A stretch of DNA of 64,000 nucleotides, taken from the NCBI GenBank assembly GCA_045539815.1, contig JAZQGC010000009.1, forward strand, positions 9,064 through 73,063, given 5' to 3'. This document shows positions 1-9,587 of this stretch, one piece after another. Every line of letters starts with the position of its first letter. Position 1 is the stretch's first letter. The notes beneath the pieces were generated by a model. The model saw only the letters and a program-made list of their open reading frames with translations. It searched no databases and was not told the DNA's origin. A program made the position numbers and the translations under genes. This DNA comes from Candidatus Enterousia sp. Lineage in GTDB: Bacteria; Pseudomonadota; Alphaproteobacteria; Rs-D84.

Positions 1-596
1 CGTCCGTTGGTGATGATGAAAAAGCTGCTGCAAAATTGGCAGGGTTGTTTGTTGGACAAGAACCTGTGATGCGTATTGTAGAGACTGCACGTGATGAAGT
101 AGAGGTTATACCTGGTGGAAGTGCTGTTACAGATGTGCCAATGGTTGTGTTGGTGTCAAATACAACACGCGGAACCGCAGAAGCAATCGCAGCCGCAATG
201 TATGAAAATAAACGCGGTGTTTTGGTTGGTACCCCAACATCTGGTGATGCGCGATTGGCATCCAGAATTGCATTGAATAATGGTGGTGTTTTGGAATTGC
301 AGAACAAGGCGATAAAAACAGGCGCAGGATATAATATCGACAGTCGTGGCGTCTTTCCGATTGTTTGTTTGTCGAATATACGTTCAAGTCAGCAACAAAA
401 TGCGTTCTTTTTAAATGTGGTTAATAATGATTTTCGGGCGCGTGATTTTAATCGTGAACCAGATGTCGATGTTAATGATATCAGACGCGGTTGCCCGGTC
501 ATTACCAGTGGGGCGGATGAAGATGCGCTGGCCACAGCGGTGTCAGTAAAAATTTTAACAGATAAAAAAGTTTATAATGGTTTGATTGAACAATAA
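1..596 (+). CDS. ctpA: C-terminal processing peptidase (S41 family, CtpA-like), 5'-truncated at the window edge
   Basis: The reading frame is open from nt 3 to the stop at 594-596. The motif VLVSNTTRGTAEAIAAAMYENKRGVLVGTPTSG matches the S41 catalytic Ser/Lys region (…GSASASEI…KRA-VGE-TFGKG). Confidence 0.7.
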   Translation, partial: SVGDDEKAAAKLAGLFVGQEPVMRIVETARDEVEVIPGGSAVTDVPMVVLVSNTTRGTAEAIAAAMYENKRGVLVGTPTSGDARLASRIALNNGGVLELQNKAIKTGAGYNIDSRGVFPIVCLSNIRSSQQQNAFFLNVVNNDFRARDFNREPDVDVNDIRRGCPVITSGADEDALATAVSVKILTDKKVYNGLIEQ

Positions 597-605
597 TTTC
601 TATTT

Positions 606-1301
606 GTGGGGGATGAAATGTTTTTAACAGAAAATAATCAAATTAAATGGAAAAAAATGGGTGTGGCGGCAATTATAACTGCGCTGTTGGTTGTGTTGGG
701 AATTACCGTGTTTGATAAGCCGCTGTATGTATTTTTGCGTGAACTAGATTGTGGTTTGTGGCGCGTGTTTGATTATATCTTTGATGAAAAAGTTTGGTTG
801 ATAATTTCTTTTATTGTGTTGGTGTTGTTGTATGTAAAAAAATGTGAAAATTCAAATTGTTGTGACGCAAAATGTAAAGAAAGGTTTAACCTGGGGGTTA
901 TGTTGCGAAATTTTTTTGCAAAGATAAAAACAAGTAATGCATTTTTAATCTTTTCCAGTGTTTTGGTTACTGCAATTATTGTAAAGGTGTTAAAGGTCGT
1001 TCTGGGGCGTGCCAGACCTGTGTTCTTTGAGGCACTGGATATGACAGGCTTTTTCCCGTTTAATTTTGATTGGGCGTTTAATTCAATGCCGTCTGGTCAT
1101 ACCGCGCTGACATTTGCGGGGTTGGTGATGATTGGTATGTTGGCGCCAAAGTACAAGGTTTATACTTGGTCATTGGCAATATTGGTTGGCTTATCCAGAA
1201 TCGCGGTTGGGGCGCATTGGCCGTCAGATGTGATTTTGGGGGCTTTTATCGGTATGGTTGTTGCGGATTTAGTCAAAGGATTCTTGTTAAGAAAAAAATA
1301 A
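606..1301 (+). CDS. PAP2-family membrane phosphatase (phosphatidate or undecaprenyl-pyrophosphate phosphatase-like)
   Basis: Multi-TM protein carrying the three PAP2 motifs: KVVLGRARP, PSGHTA, and SRIAVGAHWPSDV. Confidence 0.75.
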   Translation: MGDEMFLTENNQIKWKKMGVAAIITALLVVLGITVFDKPLYVFLRELDCGLWRVFDYIFDEKVWLIISFIVLVLLYVKKCENSNCCDAKCKERFNLGVMLRNFFAKIKTSNAFLIFSSVLVTAIIVKVLKVVLGRARPVFFEALDMTGFFPFNFDWAFNSMPSGHTALTFAGLVMIGMLAPKYKVYTWSLAILVGLSRIAVGAHWPSDVILGAFIGMVVADLVKGFLLRKK

Positions 1302-1359
1302 TTAATAATTCAGGCGATAAAAAATAATCGCCTGTTTTTTTGCTTTAAAATATGATAAA

Positions 1360-3645
1360 ATGCAAATCGTTATGGCAAAGAAATCAAAGTTTTTACCAGA
1401 ACGTGTTTCTGGGGCGCTAAAAAATCTGGGGCAACGTATTGTTGGCGCAGTTATTTGTTTGTTGGGCTTGTGGGCAACGCTGGCAATGGTGTTGTTGAAC
1501 CCGTGGTTGGATGGTTTTGCGGTATCCAGTACATTTGGTAATCAATATCTGATGGGAAACATTGTGGCGTTTGTGCGATATGTGTTTGGATTTATCCCGG
1601 GGCTGTTTTTATGTCTGTGTGTGTCCAGATGGGGGGCGGTGAAGTTTATCGCATTAAACGATAATGTGGCCCCAGAATATAATTTCTTGCGCGGGTTTGT
1701 TGCGTTGTGTGTCGGGGCGGTTGGGTTTGGATTAATTGCGCCAAGTGCAACATATGGTGGATTGTTGGGGGCGATTGCCGCAGATGATTTATGGTTACTT
1801 GTTGGAAATGCGGCTGTTGTGGTTGGAATTTTATGTCTGTTGGCTTTTGTTGGATTGGGGGCGATTTTATTACATATAAAATGGTCTCATTTGCGTTGGG
1901 GGGCCAAGGTTTTGGGTTATTGGCTGCGATTGATTGCAGGGGCATTCCATCTGAGTAAAAACGCGCAGCAGATTAAATTTAATGCAGACGATGGTGATGA
2001 TGTTCCTGAAACAGCAGATACAGAAAATACAGACAATGCGGGCACAGAAGACGATGGAAATGCAAAACAAAAACGCAGCTTGCTAAGAAAAAAAGTTGAT
2101 AAAAAAGTTGTTGCGCCGGTCGCCACCGTCAGTGCCGTAAAACCACGCGCTGGTGCGGCATATCAGTTGCCAGAACCAAGATTTTTAGAACGGTCTAATT
2201 TCAGCAAGTATTCTGTTACGCCAGAATTGAAACAAAATGCACGAAATATGGAAACACATTTTGCAGAATATGGTGTGTTTGGCAAAGTGGTGGGAATAAA
2301 GCCGGGACCAATTGTCACTTTGTATGAATTTGAACCTGATACCGGTATGCGTATCGCCGATATTACAAAAACGGTCAAGGATATGACACGTGCAATGGCA
2401 ACAGAAAATATTCGTATCGCACATATACCACGTACAAACTATGTTGGCGTTGAAATGGTTAATATTAAACGGCAAACGGTGCGTTTCAGGGGACTGGTTG
2501 AAAATCCTGTGTTTGTGGAATCTAAATACAGAATACCGTTGGCGTTGGGGGTTGATATTGGTGGAAATCCAATGTATTTTGATTTGGCAAAAATGCCGCA
2601 TATGTTGGTTGCTGGACGTACTGGGTCTGGTAAGTCTGTGTTTGTTCAGTCTATTATAACATCGATTGTTTATCATTTTACACCAGATAAATGTAAGTTA
2701 ATGATTATTGACCCAAAAGGTGTTGATTTTGGTTTCTGGGATGATATTCCACATCTGATAACACCAATCGTCAAGTTGGACCCAGGGGCCGCTGTAAACG
2801 CATTAAAGTGGGCCGTAAGGGAAATGGAAGAAAGATATAAACAATTACAGGTCTTGAACGCCAGAAATATAGAAAGCTATAATGAAATGGCGGCAGAAAA
2901 ACGTGCCAATGGCGAGAAATTAACCAAACAAGTTGCCGTTGGTACAGACGAAGAAACAGGCGAATTGTTGTTCGAAACCCAAGAAGTTGATTTGTCTGAT
3001 ATGCCGTATATCGTAATCGTTATTGACGAGGTGGCAGACCTGATGAGTTTGGCACGCAAAGAAGTTGAAGCGTGTGTTCAACGTATCGCACAAAAGGCAC
3101 GTGCCGCAGGTATTCATTTGGTTATGGCAACACAGCGACCAGATGCCACAACAATTACAGGTGTTATCAAAGCGAACTTTCCAACGCGTGTTTCTTTCCA
3201 GGCGCGCAGTCGTATTGACAGCGTTACAACATTGGGCGAAGGTGGCGCGGAACAGTTGTTGGCAATGGGGGACATGTTGTTTAGCGAGGCCGGACGCGTG
3301 CCTGTTCGTATTCATGGCGCGTTCATAGATGATAGCGAATTAAACAGAATAGGGGATTTCTTGCGTTCACAAGGGACACCAGAATATGCAGACGGTGTAA
3401 CAGATGGTGAAGATGTCGCTGGTGCAGATATGGGTATGGTATCCGGTGGGGGCGCGGGTGCAGACAAGGATTCTGATTATGCACGTGCCAAGGAATGTGT
3501 GTTGCGTGATAAAAAACCAACGATTTCTTATATCCAACGCAGATTGCAGATTGGGTATAACAAGGCCGCCGGGTTTATGGAACGTATGGAACAAGAAGGA
3601 ATTGTCAGTGCGCCTGATGCAAATAATAAACGACATATATTATAA
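1360..3645 (+). CDS. ftsK: DNA translocase FtsK
   Basis: N-terminal TM helices and an acidic linker are followed by the Walker A motif VAGRTGSGKSV. A C-terminal gamma-domain-like segment is present (ISYIQRRLQIGYNKAAGFMERMEQEGIVS). Confidence 0.9.
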   Translation: MQIVMAKKSKFLPERVSGALKNLGQRIVGAVICLLGLWATLAMVLLNPWLDGFAVSSTFGNQYLMGNIVAFVRYVFGFIPGLFLCLCVSRWGAVKFIALNDNVAPEYNFLRGFVALCVGAVGFGLIAPSATYGGLLGAIAADDLWLLVGNAAVVVGILCLLAFVGLGAILLHIKWSHLRWGAKVLGYWLRLIAGAFHLSKNAQQIKFNADDGDDVPETADTENTDNAGTEDDGNAKQKRSLLRKKVDKKVVAPVATVSAVKPRAGAAYQLPEPRFLERSNFSKYSVTPELKQNARNMETHFAEYGVFGKVVGIKPGPIVTLYEFEPDTGMRIADITKTVKDMTRAMATENIRIAHIPRTNYVGVEMVNIKRQTVRFRGLVENPVFVESKYRIPLALGVDIGGNPMYFDLAKMPHMLVAGRTGSGKSVFVQSIITSIVYHFTPDKCKLMIIDPKGVDFGFWDDIPHLITPIVKLDPGAAVNALKWAVREMEERYKQLQVLNARNIESYNEMAAEKRANGEKLTKQVAVGTDEETGELLFETQEVDLSDMPYIVIVIDEVADLMSLARKEVEACVQRIAQKARAAGIHLVMATQRPDATTITGVIKANFPTRVSFQARSRIDSVTTLGEGGAEQLLAMGDMLFSEAGRVPVRIHGAFIDDSELNRIGDFLRSQGTPEYADGVTDGEDVAGADMGMVSGGGAGADKDSDYARAKECVLRDKKPTISYIQRRLQIGYNKAAGFMERMEQEGIVSAPDANNKRHIL

Positions 3646-3661
3646 GGTGTTTTTTATTCTT

Positions 3662-3689
3662 TTGTATCGTGGCGTTTTGTGATATAATT
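3662..3689 (+). promoter_or_regulatory. sigma70-like promoter (-35 TTGTAT / 16 nt / TG-n-TATAAT) upstream of the OMP gene
   Basis: ttgtat at 3662-3667 and tgatataat at 3681-3689. The RBS aaaggag lies at 3697-3703 and the ATG at 3713. Confidence 0.4.
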
Positions 3690-3712
3690 TTATTTAAAAG
3701 GAGTATCTTATT

Positions 3713-4993
3713 ATGAAAAAACAGTTGGGTTTATTGTTTGGAACGTTGTTTGCGTTGTGTGGCGCAGATGCATCTGCGGCGACAACGTGGGGAATGCGTG
3801 CCGGGTCCAGTGCAGATTTGTCCACTGGGGCGTCAACGCGTACACAAGAAAGCGTTAATTATAAAAAATATCAGACGCGTTCAACAACATATGAAACAAA
3901 AGACGCAGGTGATTTATATTATACAAAACCACAAAATCGCAGCGCATTGTATAAACAATACGAAGGTGCAAATTCTTCGTCTGCACGCGTAACTAAAAAG
4001 ACTGTGCGCAAGACCCGTTCTGAAACGGTTATTAATAAAATGAAGCGTAAATATTATTTGGCGCATCCGTTCTTTCAACCATTGCAGGGCAAGTTTGGTT
4101 CAATTACAGATTTGTCGTATTTGTCATCTGAATATGATATTAAATTGCCGACCGGGGGGTCTGGACTGTATGCAGATTTAGGAAATGGTATTCAAGAGCT
4201 GTCTTTTAATGGACTGGAAGGGAATTGGAACAGATCTGAATTGTTGATAAAAGAAGATTTTAGCTATGGTATTACAGACCGCTTGGCGTTGCTTGTAATG
4301 GCACAATATAATTCAACAGACGATGAATATAAATGGGCCGCTGGTACAGGTGACAAGATTAGCAACAAGGGCCTGAATATGTATGGCGCAGGTGTACAGT
4401 GGCGCTTTGTTGATAATAATAAATGGATTGCAACAGCGTCCGCTTATTATCAACATCAAAAAGATATTTCTAATAATTTCTTGTTAGACATCAAGGCAGG
4501 ATACAAGATTGCACAATCAACCATTTATGGTTTGGCACGCGGTTGGTATCTGGATTTTGAAGGCGACTATTATGGCAATGGTGTTGTTGGTAAAGATTTG
4601 AATAATCAAGACAGCGCGTTTATGTTGGTATATGGTGATGGCGGCAGCGCCAGGTTTATAGAAGGGGGAATTGGTGTTTTCAGTGTGTTAAATCCTGATT
4701 GGACGCTGAATCTGGAAGCCGTTCTGGGGGATTATGATTGGCATACCCAGGCAAATATCAAGGGGGCAATTGGTTGGCAACCAAATGATTGGTTTGCGTT
4801 GAACCTGTATGCAAAAACTGTGTTTTACAGCGATGTTGATGGTAAAAAGCTGGATACACTGTATTGGTTAGATGGTGTCTATGAAGATAGTCAATTGCAA
4901 AAACCGTTAACATATTTTAAAAATATTGGAATGTCTGAATTGGATAACTATTCTGAATATTCAATTGGTGTTCAGGCAATATTCCAGTTCTAG
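3713..4993 (+). CDS. outer membrane beta-barrel protein (signal peptide, C-terminal Phe)
   Basis: Signal peptide MKKQLGLLFGTLFALCGADASAA. The sequence has alternating amphipathic strands and ends in QAIFQF. Family not identified. Confidence 0.55.
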   Translation: MKKQLGLLFGTLFALCGADASAATTWGMRAGSSADLSTGASTRTQESVNYKKYQTRSTTYETKDAGDLYYTKPQNRSALYKQYEGANSSSARVTKKTVRKTRSETVINKMKRKYYLAHPFFQPLQGKFGSITDLSYLSSEYDIKLPTGGSGLYADLGNGIQELSFNGLEGNWNRSELLIKEDFSYGITDRLALLVMAQYNSTDDEYKWAAGTGDKISNKGLNMYGAGVQWRFVDNNKWIATASAYYQHQKDISNNFLLDIKAGYKIAQSTIYGLARGWYLDFEGDYYGNGVVGKDLNNQDSAFMLVYGDGGSARFIEGGIGVFSVLNPDWTLNLEAVLGDYDWHTQANIKGAIGWQPNDWFALNLYAKTVFYSDVDGKKLDTLYWLDGVYEDSQLQKPLTYFKNIGMSELDNYSEYSIGVQAIFQF

Positions 4994-5011
4994 GAACTGT
5001 ATCAATGTCTT

Positions 5012-5055
5012 GTATTGCCCCGATATATCTTGTGGGGCAATACATGTGTTTTTTT
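5012..5055 (+). terminator. intrinsic terminator after the OMP gene
   Basis: Stem gtattgcccc (5012-5021) pairs with ggggcaatac (5034-5043), followed by a T-run. Confidence 0.55.
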
Positions 5056-5074
5056 AGGAGAGAGGAAACCGATT

Positions 5075-5812
5075 ATGCATAAACTTTTATCTGTATTTTT
5101 TGCGTCTGTTTTAGTGGCACTGCCAATGGTGGCCGGGGCGAATTCGTTGGAACATGATTCTTCGGATCCGTTGTATTTGCTGGCAGATGAAGAAATTTTA
5201 AGTAAGTCGAATATCGCTTATTGGGATCATATGTTGCGTGTTGGACAAAGTGTTTCGTATGGTCTGAACAGCCGTTTGGCAATCGGGGCAGATGTGCATT
5301 ATCAACATCATTTTAATGGTGATGAAGATGGTTTTTCTGCCGTTGATTTTGGGGCAATTTATCGTGTAACCCAACCAGGTGATATAAAATCTAATATTAT
5401 TACAGATTTATTGTTGGGATTTAAAATCGGAGGCAGTTCGCATGTGCGTACGCCGTATTATGCAGATTCTACATATTATGCAGGTGTGCGTTTTGGGCGT
5501 CAATGGGCCGGGATGACGTTGGCAGCAACAATAAAATCTAATTGGGTGTTTGATGATGAACGCGGGATGTCTTTTATTGATTTAACACCCGAAGCTTATT
5601 TCAGATTGTCACCAGATTGGCGTATCGGTGGCGGTTTTACAATTCGTAAAGCAACAAATAAAGATGCACAAACAGGTGATGATTATGACCAAGAATGGTT
5701 GCATATGAAATTAGTGCGTCAGTATGGTCGAACACAATATATCGGACATATTGATTACGAATTTGAAAGCGATGATGTTCAAATCGGTGCAAAGTTAAAT
5801 ATTTTGTTCTGA
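5075..5812 (+). CDS. outer membrane beta-barrel protein (MipA/OmpV-like size)
   Basis: RBS aggagagagg precedes the ATG at 5075. Signal peptide MHKLLSVFFASVLVALPMVAGA. The protein ends in LNILF. The upstream in-frame extension from 5015 lies inside the terminator hairpin. Confidence 0.5.
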   Translation: MHKLLSVFFASVLVALPMVAGANSLEHDSSDPLYLLADEEILSKSNIAYWDHMLRVGQSVSYGLNSRLAIGADVHYQHHFNGDEDGFSAVDFGAIYRVTQPGDIKSNIITDLLLGFKIGGSSHVRTPYYADSTYYAGVRFGRQWAGMTLAATIKSNWVFDDERGMSFIDLTPEAYFRLSPDWRIGGGFTIRKATNKDAQTGDDYDQEWLHMKLVRQYGRTQYIGHIDYEFESDDVQIGAKLNILF

Positions 5813-5848
5813 TAAAAAAAATCCCCGTTTTTGGGGATTATTTTTTTT
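5813..5848. terminator. bidirectional intrinsic terminator
   Basis: A8-atcccc-gttttt-ggggat-T9 lies between the convergent OMP (+) and rarA (-) genes. Confidence 0.7.
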
Positions 5849-7109
5849 GATTTATTTTATCGCGTAACGCGTCCCAATAATCCAGACGCTTTTTTATTTC
5901 GCGTTCAAAACCACGCTCAACAGGGGTATAGAATCTTTGTCGGCCCATTGATTCGGGAAAACAATTTTGACCGGAAAAACTGTTTGGGGTGTCAGGATCA
6001 TAAATATAACCTTGGTTGTATCCCATTTCTTTCATCATTTTTGTTGGGGCGTTTAATATGTTTTTTGGGGGTGGCAAAGAACCAGTGCTGCGCGCAGCGG
6101 CGTATGCAGCCTTTTGTGCGCGATAGTTGCCGATGCTTTTTGGTGCCGTTCCAAGATATATTACCAATTGTGTTAATGCCAAATCCCCTTCGGGACTGCC
6201 CAGGCGTTCGTATGCCTGCCATGCAGAAATTGCAATTTGTAATGCGTTCGGATCGGCCAGACCAATGTCTTCGACAGCAAAACGGGTCAGACGACGAAAT
6301 ATATACATGGGATCCTGGCCAGATGTAATCATGCGCGCAGTCCAATACAGGGCGGCGTCAGTGTCACTGGCCCGAAGTGATTTATGAATCGCAGATATTA
6401 AATTATAATGTTCGTCGCCGTGTTTATCTGACATTGGGGCACGACGATGTATGGCGCCGGCCAATGTTTCTGGGGTCAGTTCCGATTGAAAATTGGCGTT
6501 CGCCAGATATTCGATGGTGTTTAACATGAAACGTGCGTCACCATCAGACATCTGGGCCAGATAAATGCGTGCCGCATCGTTTAATGGTAATTTTTTGTTT
6601 AAAAAGTTTTCTGCGCGCGATATCAATGTTAATAATTCATCGGTTGATAATGCAGATAAAACACCAATATGACAACGGGATAACAATGCGTTGTTCAAAT
6701 TAAAACTGGGGTTTTCTGTTGTTGCACCCATGAATACAACGGTGCCATCTTCTAAATAAGGTAACAGGGTGTCTTGTTGTGTTTTATTAAAGCGATGTAT
6801 TTCATCAATAAATAATAATGTGTTGCGTCCAATGTCTTGGTTCATGCGTGCGGCATCCATGGCCTTTTTTATGTCGGCTGTCCCAGAAAATACGGCAGAC
6901 ATTGGAACAAAATCCATGTCAACAGAATTTGCCAATGCGCGGGCAATTGTTGTTTTGCCACATCCTGGGGGACCCCATAATATCAGGTTTGATAATTTCT
7001 TGTTATCAACCATGCGGCGAATTAAACCGTTTTCGCCCAATAATAAAGACTGACCAATAATGTCATCAATTGTGTTGGGGCGCATTAAATCTGCCAATGG
7101 ACGTGTCAT
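5838..7109 (-). CDS. rarA: replication-associated recombination protein A (AAA+ ATPase RarA/MgsA)
   Basis: Walker A motif LILWGPPGCGKTT and Walker B motif LLFIDEIHRFNK, with RarA-like C-terminal helical domains. Confidence 0.85.
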   Translation of the reverse strand: MTRPLADLMRPNTIDDIIGQSLLLGENGLIRRMVDNKKLSNLILWGPPGCGKTTIARALANSVDMDFVPMSAVFSGTADIKKAMDAARMNQDIGRNTLLFIDEIHRFNKTQQDTLLPYLEDGTVVFMGATTENPSFNLNNALLSRCHIGVLSALSTDELLTLISRAENFLNKKLPLNDAARIYLAQMSDGDARFMLNTIEYLANANFQSELTPETLAGAIHRRAPMSDKHGDEHYNLISAIHKSLRASDTDAALYWTARMITSGQDPMYIFRRLTRFAVEDIGLADPNALQIAISAWQAYERLGSPEGDLALTQLVIYLGTAPKSIGNYRAQKAAYAAARSTGSLPPPKNILNAPTKMMKEMGYNQGYIYDPDTPNSFSGQNCFPESMGRQRFYTPVERGFEREIKKRLDYWDALRDKINQKK

Positions 7110-7112
7110 GTT

Positions 7113-7538
7113 GTGGTTAACTTTTTTTTATATATTATTTGTGATATAATGATTGTATTAAATTACAAAGGAATTGGCAAGTTGGTAAATAAAAATTATG
7201 ATTTTACATTGGCTGTTGCAAATCTGGCCGCGGCGGCAATTAATGCAAATCCTGAATTGTCCATGCAAGATGCGGTAAATAACGCACGTGAAATTCTGCG
7301 CGGAACAACAATAACAAAACAACAAATCGAAGATTCTGTACAGTACGATAAGATTCAATGTCTGGAAGATGGTACATGGCATGTTATGTTGCGCAGATAT
7401 TTAAAACGCAGATTTAATATGACACCACAACAATATAAGCAAAAGTGGGGATTGCCGGATGATTATCCATTTGTTGCGGCTGCGTATTCTGATAAACGAT
7501 CAAAAATTGCCAAGAAAAATAAACTGGGTAAAAAATAA
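7113..7538 (+). CDS. MucR/Ros-family transcriptional regulator (start uncertain: GTG 7113, ATG 7149 or TTG 7182)
   Basis: The C-terminal segment IQCLEDGTWHVMLRRYLKRRFNMTPQQYKQKWGLPDDYPFVAAAYSDKRS aligns with the Ros/MucR zinc-finger region (ITCLECGK…[20 protein letters not shown]). The second Cys and both His ligands are replaced. Confidence 0.6.
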   Translation: MVNFFLYIICDIMIVLNYKGIGKLVNKNYDFTLAVANLAAAAINANPELSMQDAVNNAREILRGTTITKQQIEDSVQYDKIQCLEDGTWHVMLRRYLKRRFNMTPQQYKQKWGLPDDYPFVAAAYSDKRSKIAKKNKLGKK

Positions 7539-9560
7539 TTGTGTGCAAAGGATTGCTGTATGAAAGTCTGTGTTGATATCCATGATAAACGTTGGAATAA
7601 ATATAATATTGATTTTGATAAAATTGTCTGTGCGGCGGTTTCTGGCGTACGCAAGGATTCTGAGGTTTCAATTATCTTGACTGATGATGCTGAAATTCAT
7701 GGTGTGAACAAGCAGTATCGTGGTGTGGATAAACCGACAAATGTTTTGTCGTTTGAATTGGGTGATGATATTTTATTGGGTGATATTTATATATCGTTAG
7801 ATACTGTAAAGCGCGAGGCTGAACAGGCCGGTATCAGTGTCGAAGATCATGTTACGCATATGGTTGTGCATGGGGGATTGCATTTGTTGGGCTATGATCA
7901 TATTACCGATGATGAAGCGTCTGTCATGGAAATGAAGGAAATAAAAATATTAAAAAAGTTGGGAATAAAAAATCCTTATACGGATGATGTGGTGTCGTCA
8001 TGTAAATGCGGTGATTGTTGCCCCGGTGGTTGTTTTGTCGCAGGAATAAAAAAATTAAAAATAAAGCAAAATGGTTTTATGCAATACTTTCTGTACGGCG
8101 TATTTGGTGTGTTGGCCAGTTTGGGGTTTGCACCGTTTTATTATGGTTTGTTTACGGTCTTGGGGGTTGCTGGTGCGTATTGGTTGACGGTCAGAAATAC
8201 GGATAAAAGTGGGCTTTGGAAGACATTGTTGCGTGTTTCGCCGTTTGGCGCGTTGTATTGTTTGTCTATGTTTTGGTGGGTATTAAATTCTATATATGTT
8301 GTGCCAGAAATTGCGTCGCAATACGCAATATGGACACTGCCCGGGGTCGTTGGATTAATGCTGGCCGGTGTGATGATATTTTCATGGCCGTTTATTGCCG
8401 TGACCAAGGTTCGTGCAAATGCCATGGGGCGTGTTTTCTTGTTCGCGTCCGTATGGGTGTTAGTGTTGTGGGCGCGTGAGTGGATGTTTACTGGTTTCCC
8501 ATGGAACCCGATTGCAAATATCGCAATGCCGTATCCAGTGTTGGCAAATTCAATGTCTGTTTTCGGTGCGCTGGGGTTAAGTTTTTTAATTGTTGGTTTG
8601 ATTGCGTCTGTTGTTGAAGTGTGCAGAAGAAAAAAATATGCAATTTATACATTTGTTTTCTTTGTGTTGTTGGCTGTATGCGCATGTTTTGCTGGGGTGC
8701 ATAATATGCGATTGGCCGATGTTGGTGCCACGGATGAACATGTTATGTTGCGAATTGTGCAACCTGGATTGTCGCAAAGTCAAAAGGCCACCCATAACAG
8801 GGTAGAGGCATTGCAAAAAGCATCAGATAATTTATATAATTTAGTAAAATTGGCAAATGTTGATAATAATGCTGATATTATTTTGTTCCCAGAAACGGCG
8901 TATCCCTTTGTTGTTATGAAAGATGATTTGATAGATGTTGCAAGATATCTGAATAAGCCAATGTTAATTGGTGCAAATGTTTTTGACGCGGGCGGTTTAT
9001 TTAATTCGATGGTTGTAGCCCAAGAAAATGGCCGTATACAACAGATTTATAGCAAGACACATTTGGTGCCGTTTGGTGAATATAGGCCGTTGGGGGTTTT
9101 GCCGTCACCAGTTAATTTAACGCCTGGTAATGGACCGGAAATTATAAGTGTTGGAAATTTTGTTTTTGCACCGGCGATTTGTTATGAAATTATTTTTTCT
9201 GATTCTTTGTTAGAATCTGGGGTGGGGCGTGTTGATGCAATTGTTAATCTGACAAATGATAATTGGTTTGGTAATACGCCGGGCGTTTATCAGCATCTGG
9301 ATATGGTGCGCCGTTATGCCATTGAGTCAGGGGTGCCAATTGTGCGTGCAAATTATTCTGGTATCAGCGCATTTGTTGCGTCAGATGGTGAAATTATTTC
9401 TGCGTTGCCGGTTGGCGCAGTTGATGTGTTGGATGGTTTTGTATGGGGCGCACATCAAACACCATATCGACAGATTGGATTAAATGGTTGGTTGATAATT
9501 ATTTTGTCTGTATCTGTGTTTGGGATTTTTATATCAAAGCTGATAGATCGTAAAAATTAA
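7539..9560 (+). CDS. ybeY/lnt: in-frame fusion ORF: endoribonuclease YbeY domain (N-terminal ~150 aa) joined to apolipoprotein N-acyltransferase Lnt (C-terminal ~510 aa)
   Basis: The YbeY H3xH zinc motif HMVVHGGLHLLGYDH is present. A Cys-rich linker VVSSCKCGDCCPGGCF follows, then the Lnt TM region (LGFAPF, EWMFTGFPWNP) and a CN-hydrolase domain (ILFPETAYP…). There is no stop codon between the two domains. Confidence 0.75.
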   Translation: MCAKDCCMKVCVDIHDKRWNKYNIDFDKIVCAAVSGVRKDSEVSIILTDDAEIHGVNKQYRGVDKPTNVLSFELGDDILLGDIYISLDTVKREAEQAGISVEDHVTHMVVHGGLHLLGYDHITDDEASVMEMKEIKILKKLGIKNPYTDDVVSSCKCGDCCPGGCFVAGIKKLKIKQNGFMQYFLYGVFGVLASLGFAPFYYGLFTVLGVAGAYWLTVRNTDKSGLWKTLLRVSPFGALYCLSMFWWVLNSIYVVPEIASQYAIWTLPGVVGLMLAGVMIFSWPFIAVTKVRANAMGRVFLFASVWVLVLWAREWMFTGFPWNPIANIAMPYPVLANSMSVFGALGLSFLIVGLIASVVEVCRRKKYAIYTFVFFVLLAVCACFAGVHNMRLADVGATDEHVMLRIVQPGLSQSQKATHNRVEALQKASDNLYNLVKLANVDNNADIILFPETAYPFVVMKDDLIDVARYLNKPMLIGANVFDAGGLFNSMVVAQENGRIQQIYSKTHLVPFGEYRPLGVLPSPVNLTPGNGPEIISVGNFVFAPAICYEIIFSDSLLESGVGRVDAIVNLTNDNWFGNTPGVYQHLDMVRRYAIESGVPIVRANYSGISAFVASDGEIISALPVGAVDVLDGFVWGAHQTPYRQIGLNGWLIIILSVSVFGIFISKLIDRKN

Positions 9561-9587
9561 TTTTATTAAAATAAATATGTGTTATAT

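Noticed and set aside
1646-3682. Several 60-160-aa ORFs on both strands inside ftsK
   Set aside because: They are embedded in a confidently identified 761-aa FtsK reading frame.
5015-5074. Upstream in-frame ATG extension of the second OMP ORF
   Set aside because: The extension lies inside the terminator hairpin of the preceding gene. A good RBS and ATG lie at 5075, directly before a canonical signal peptide.
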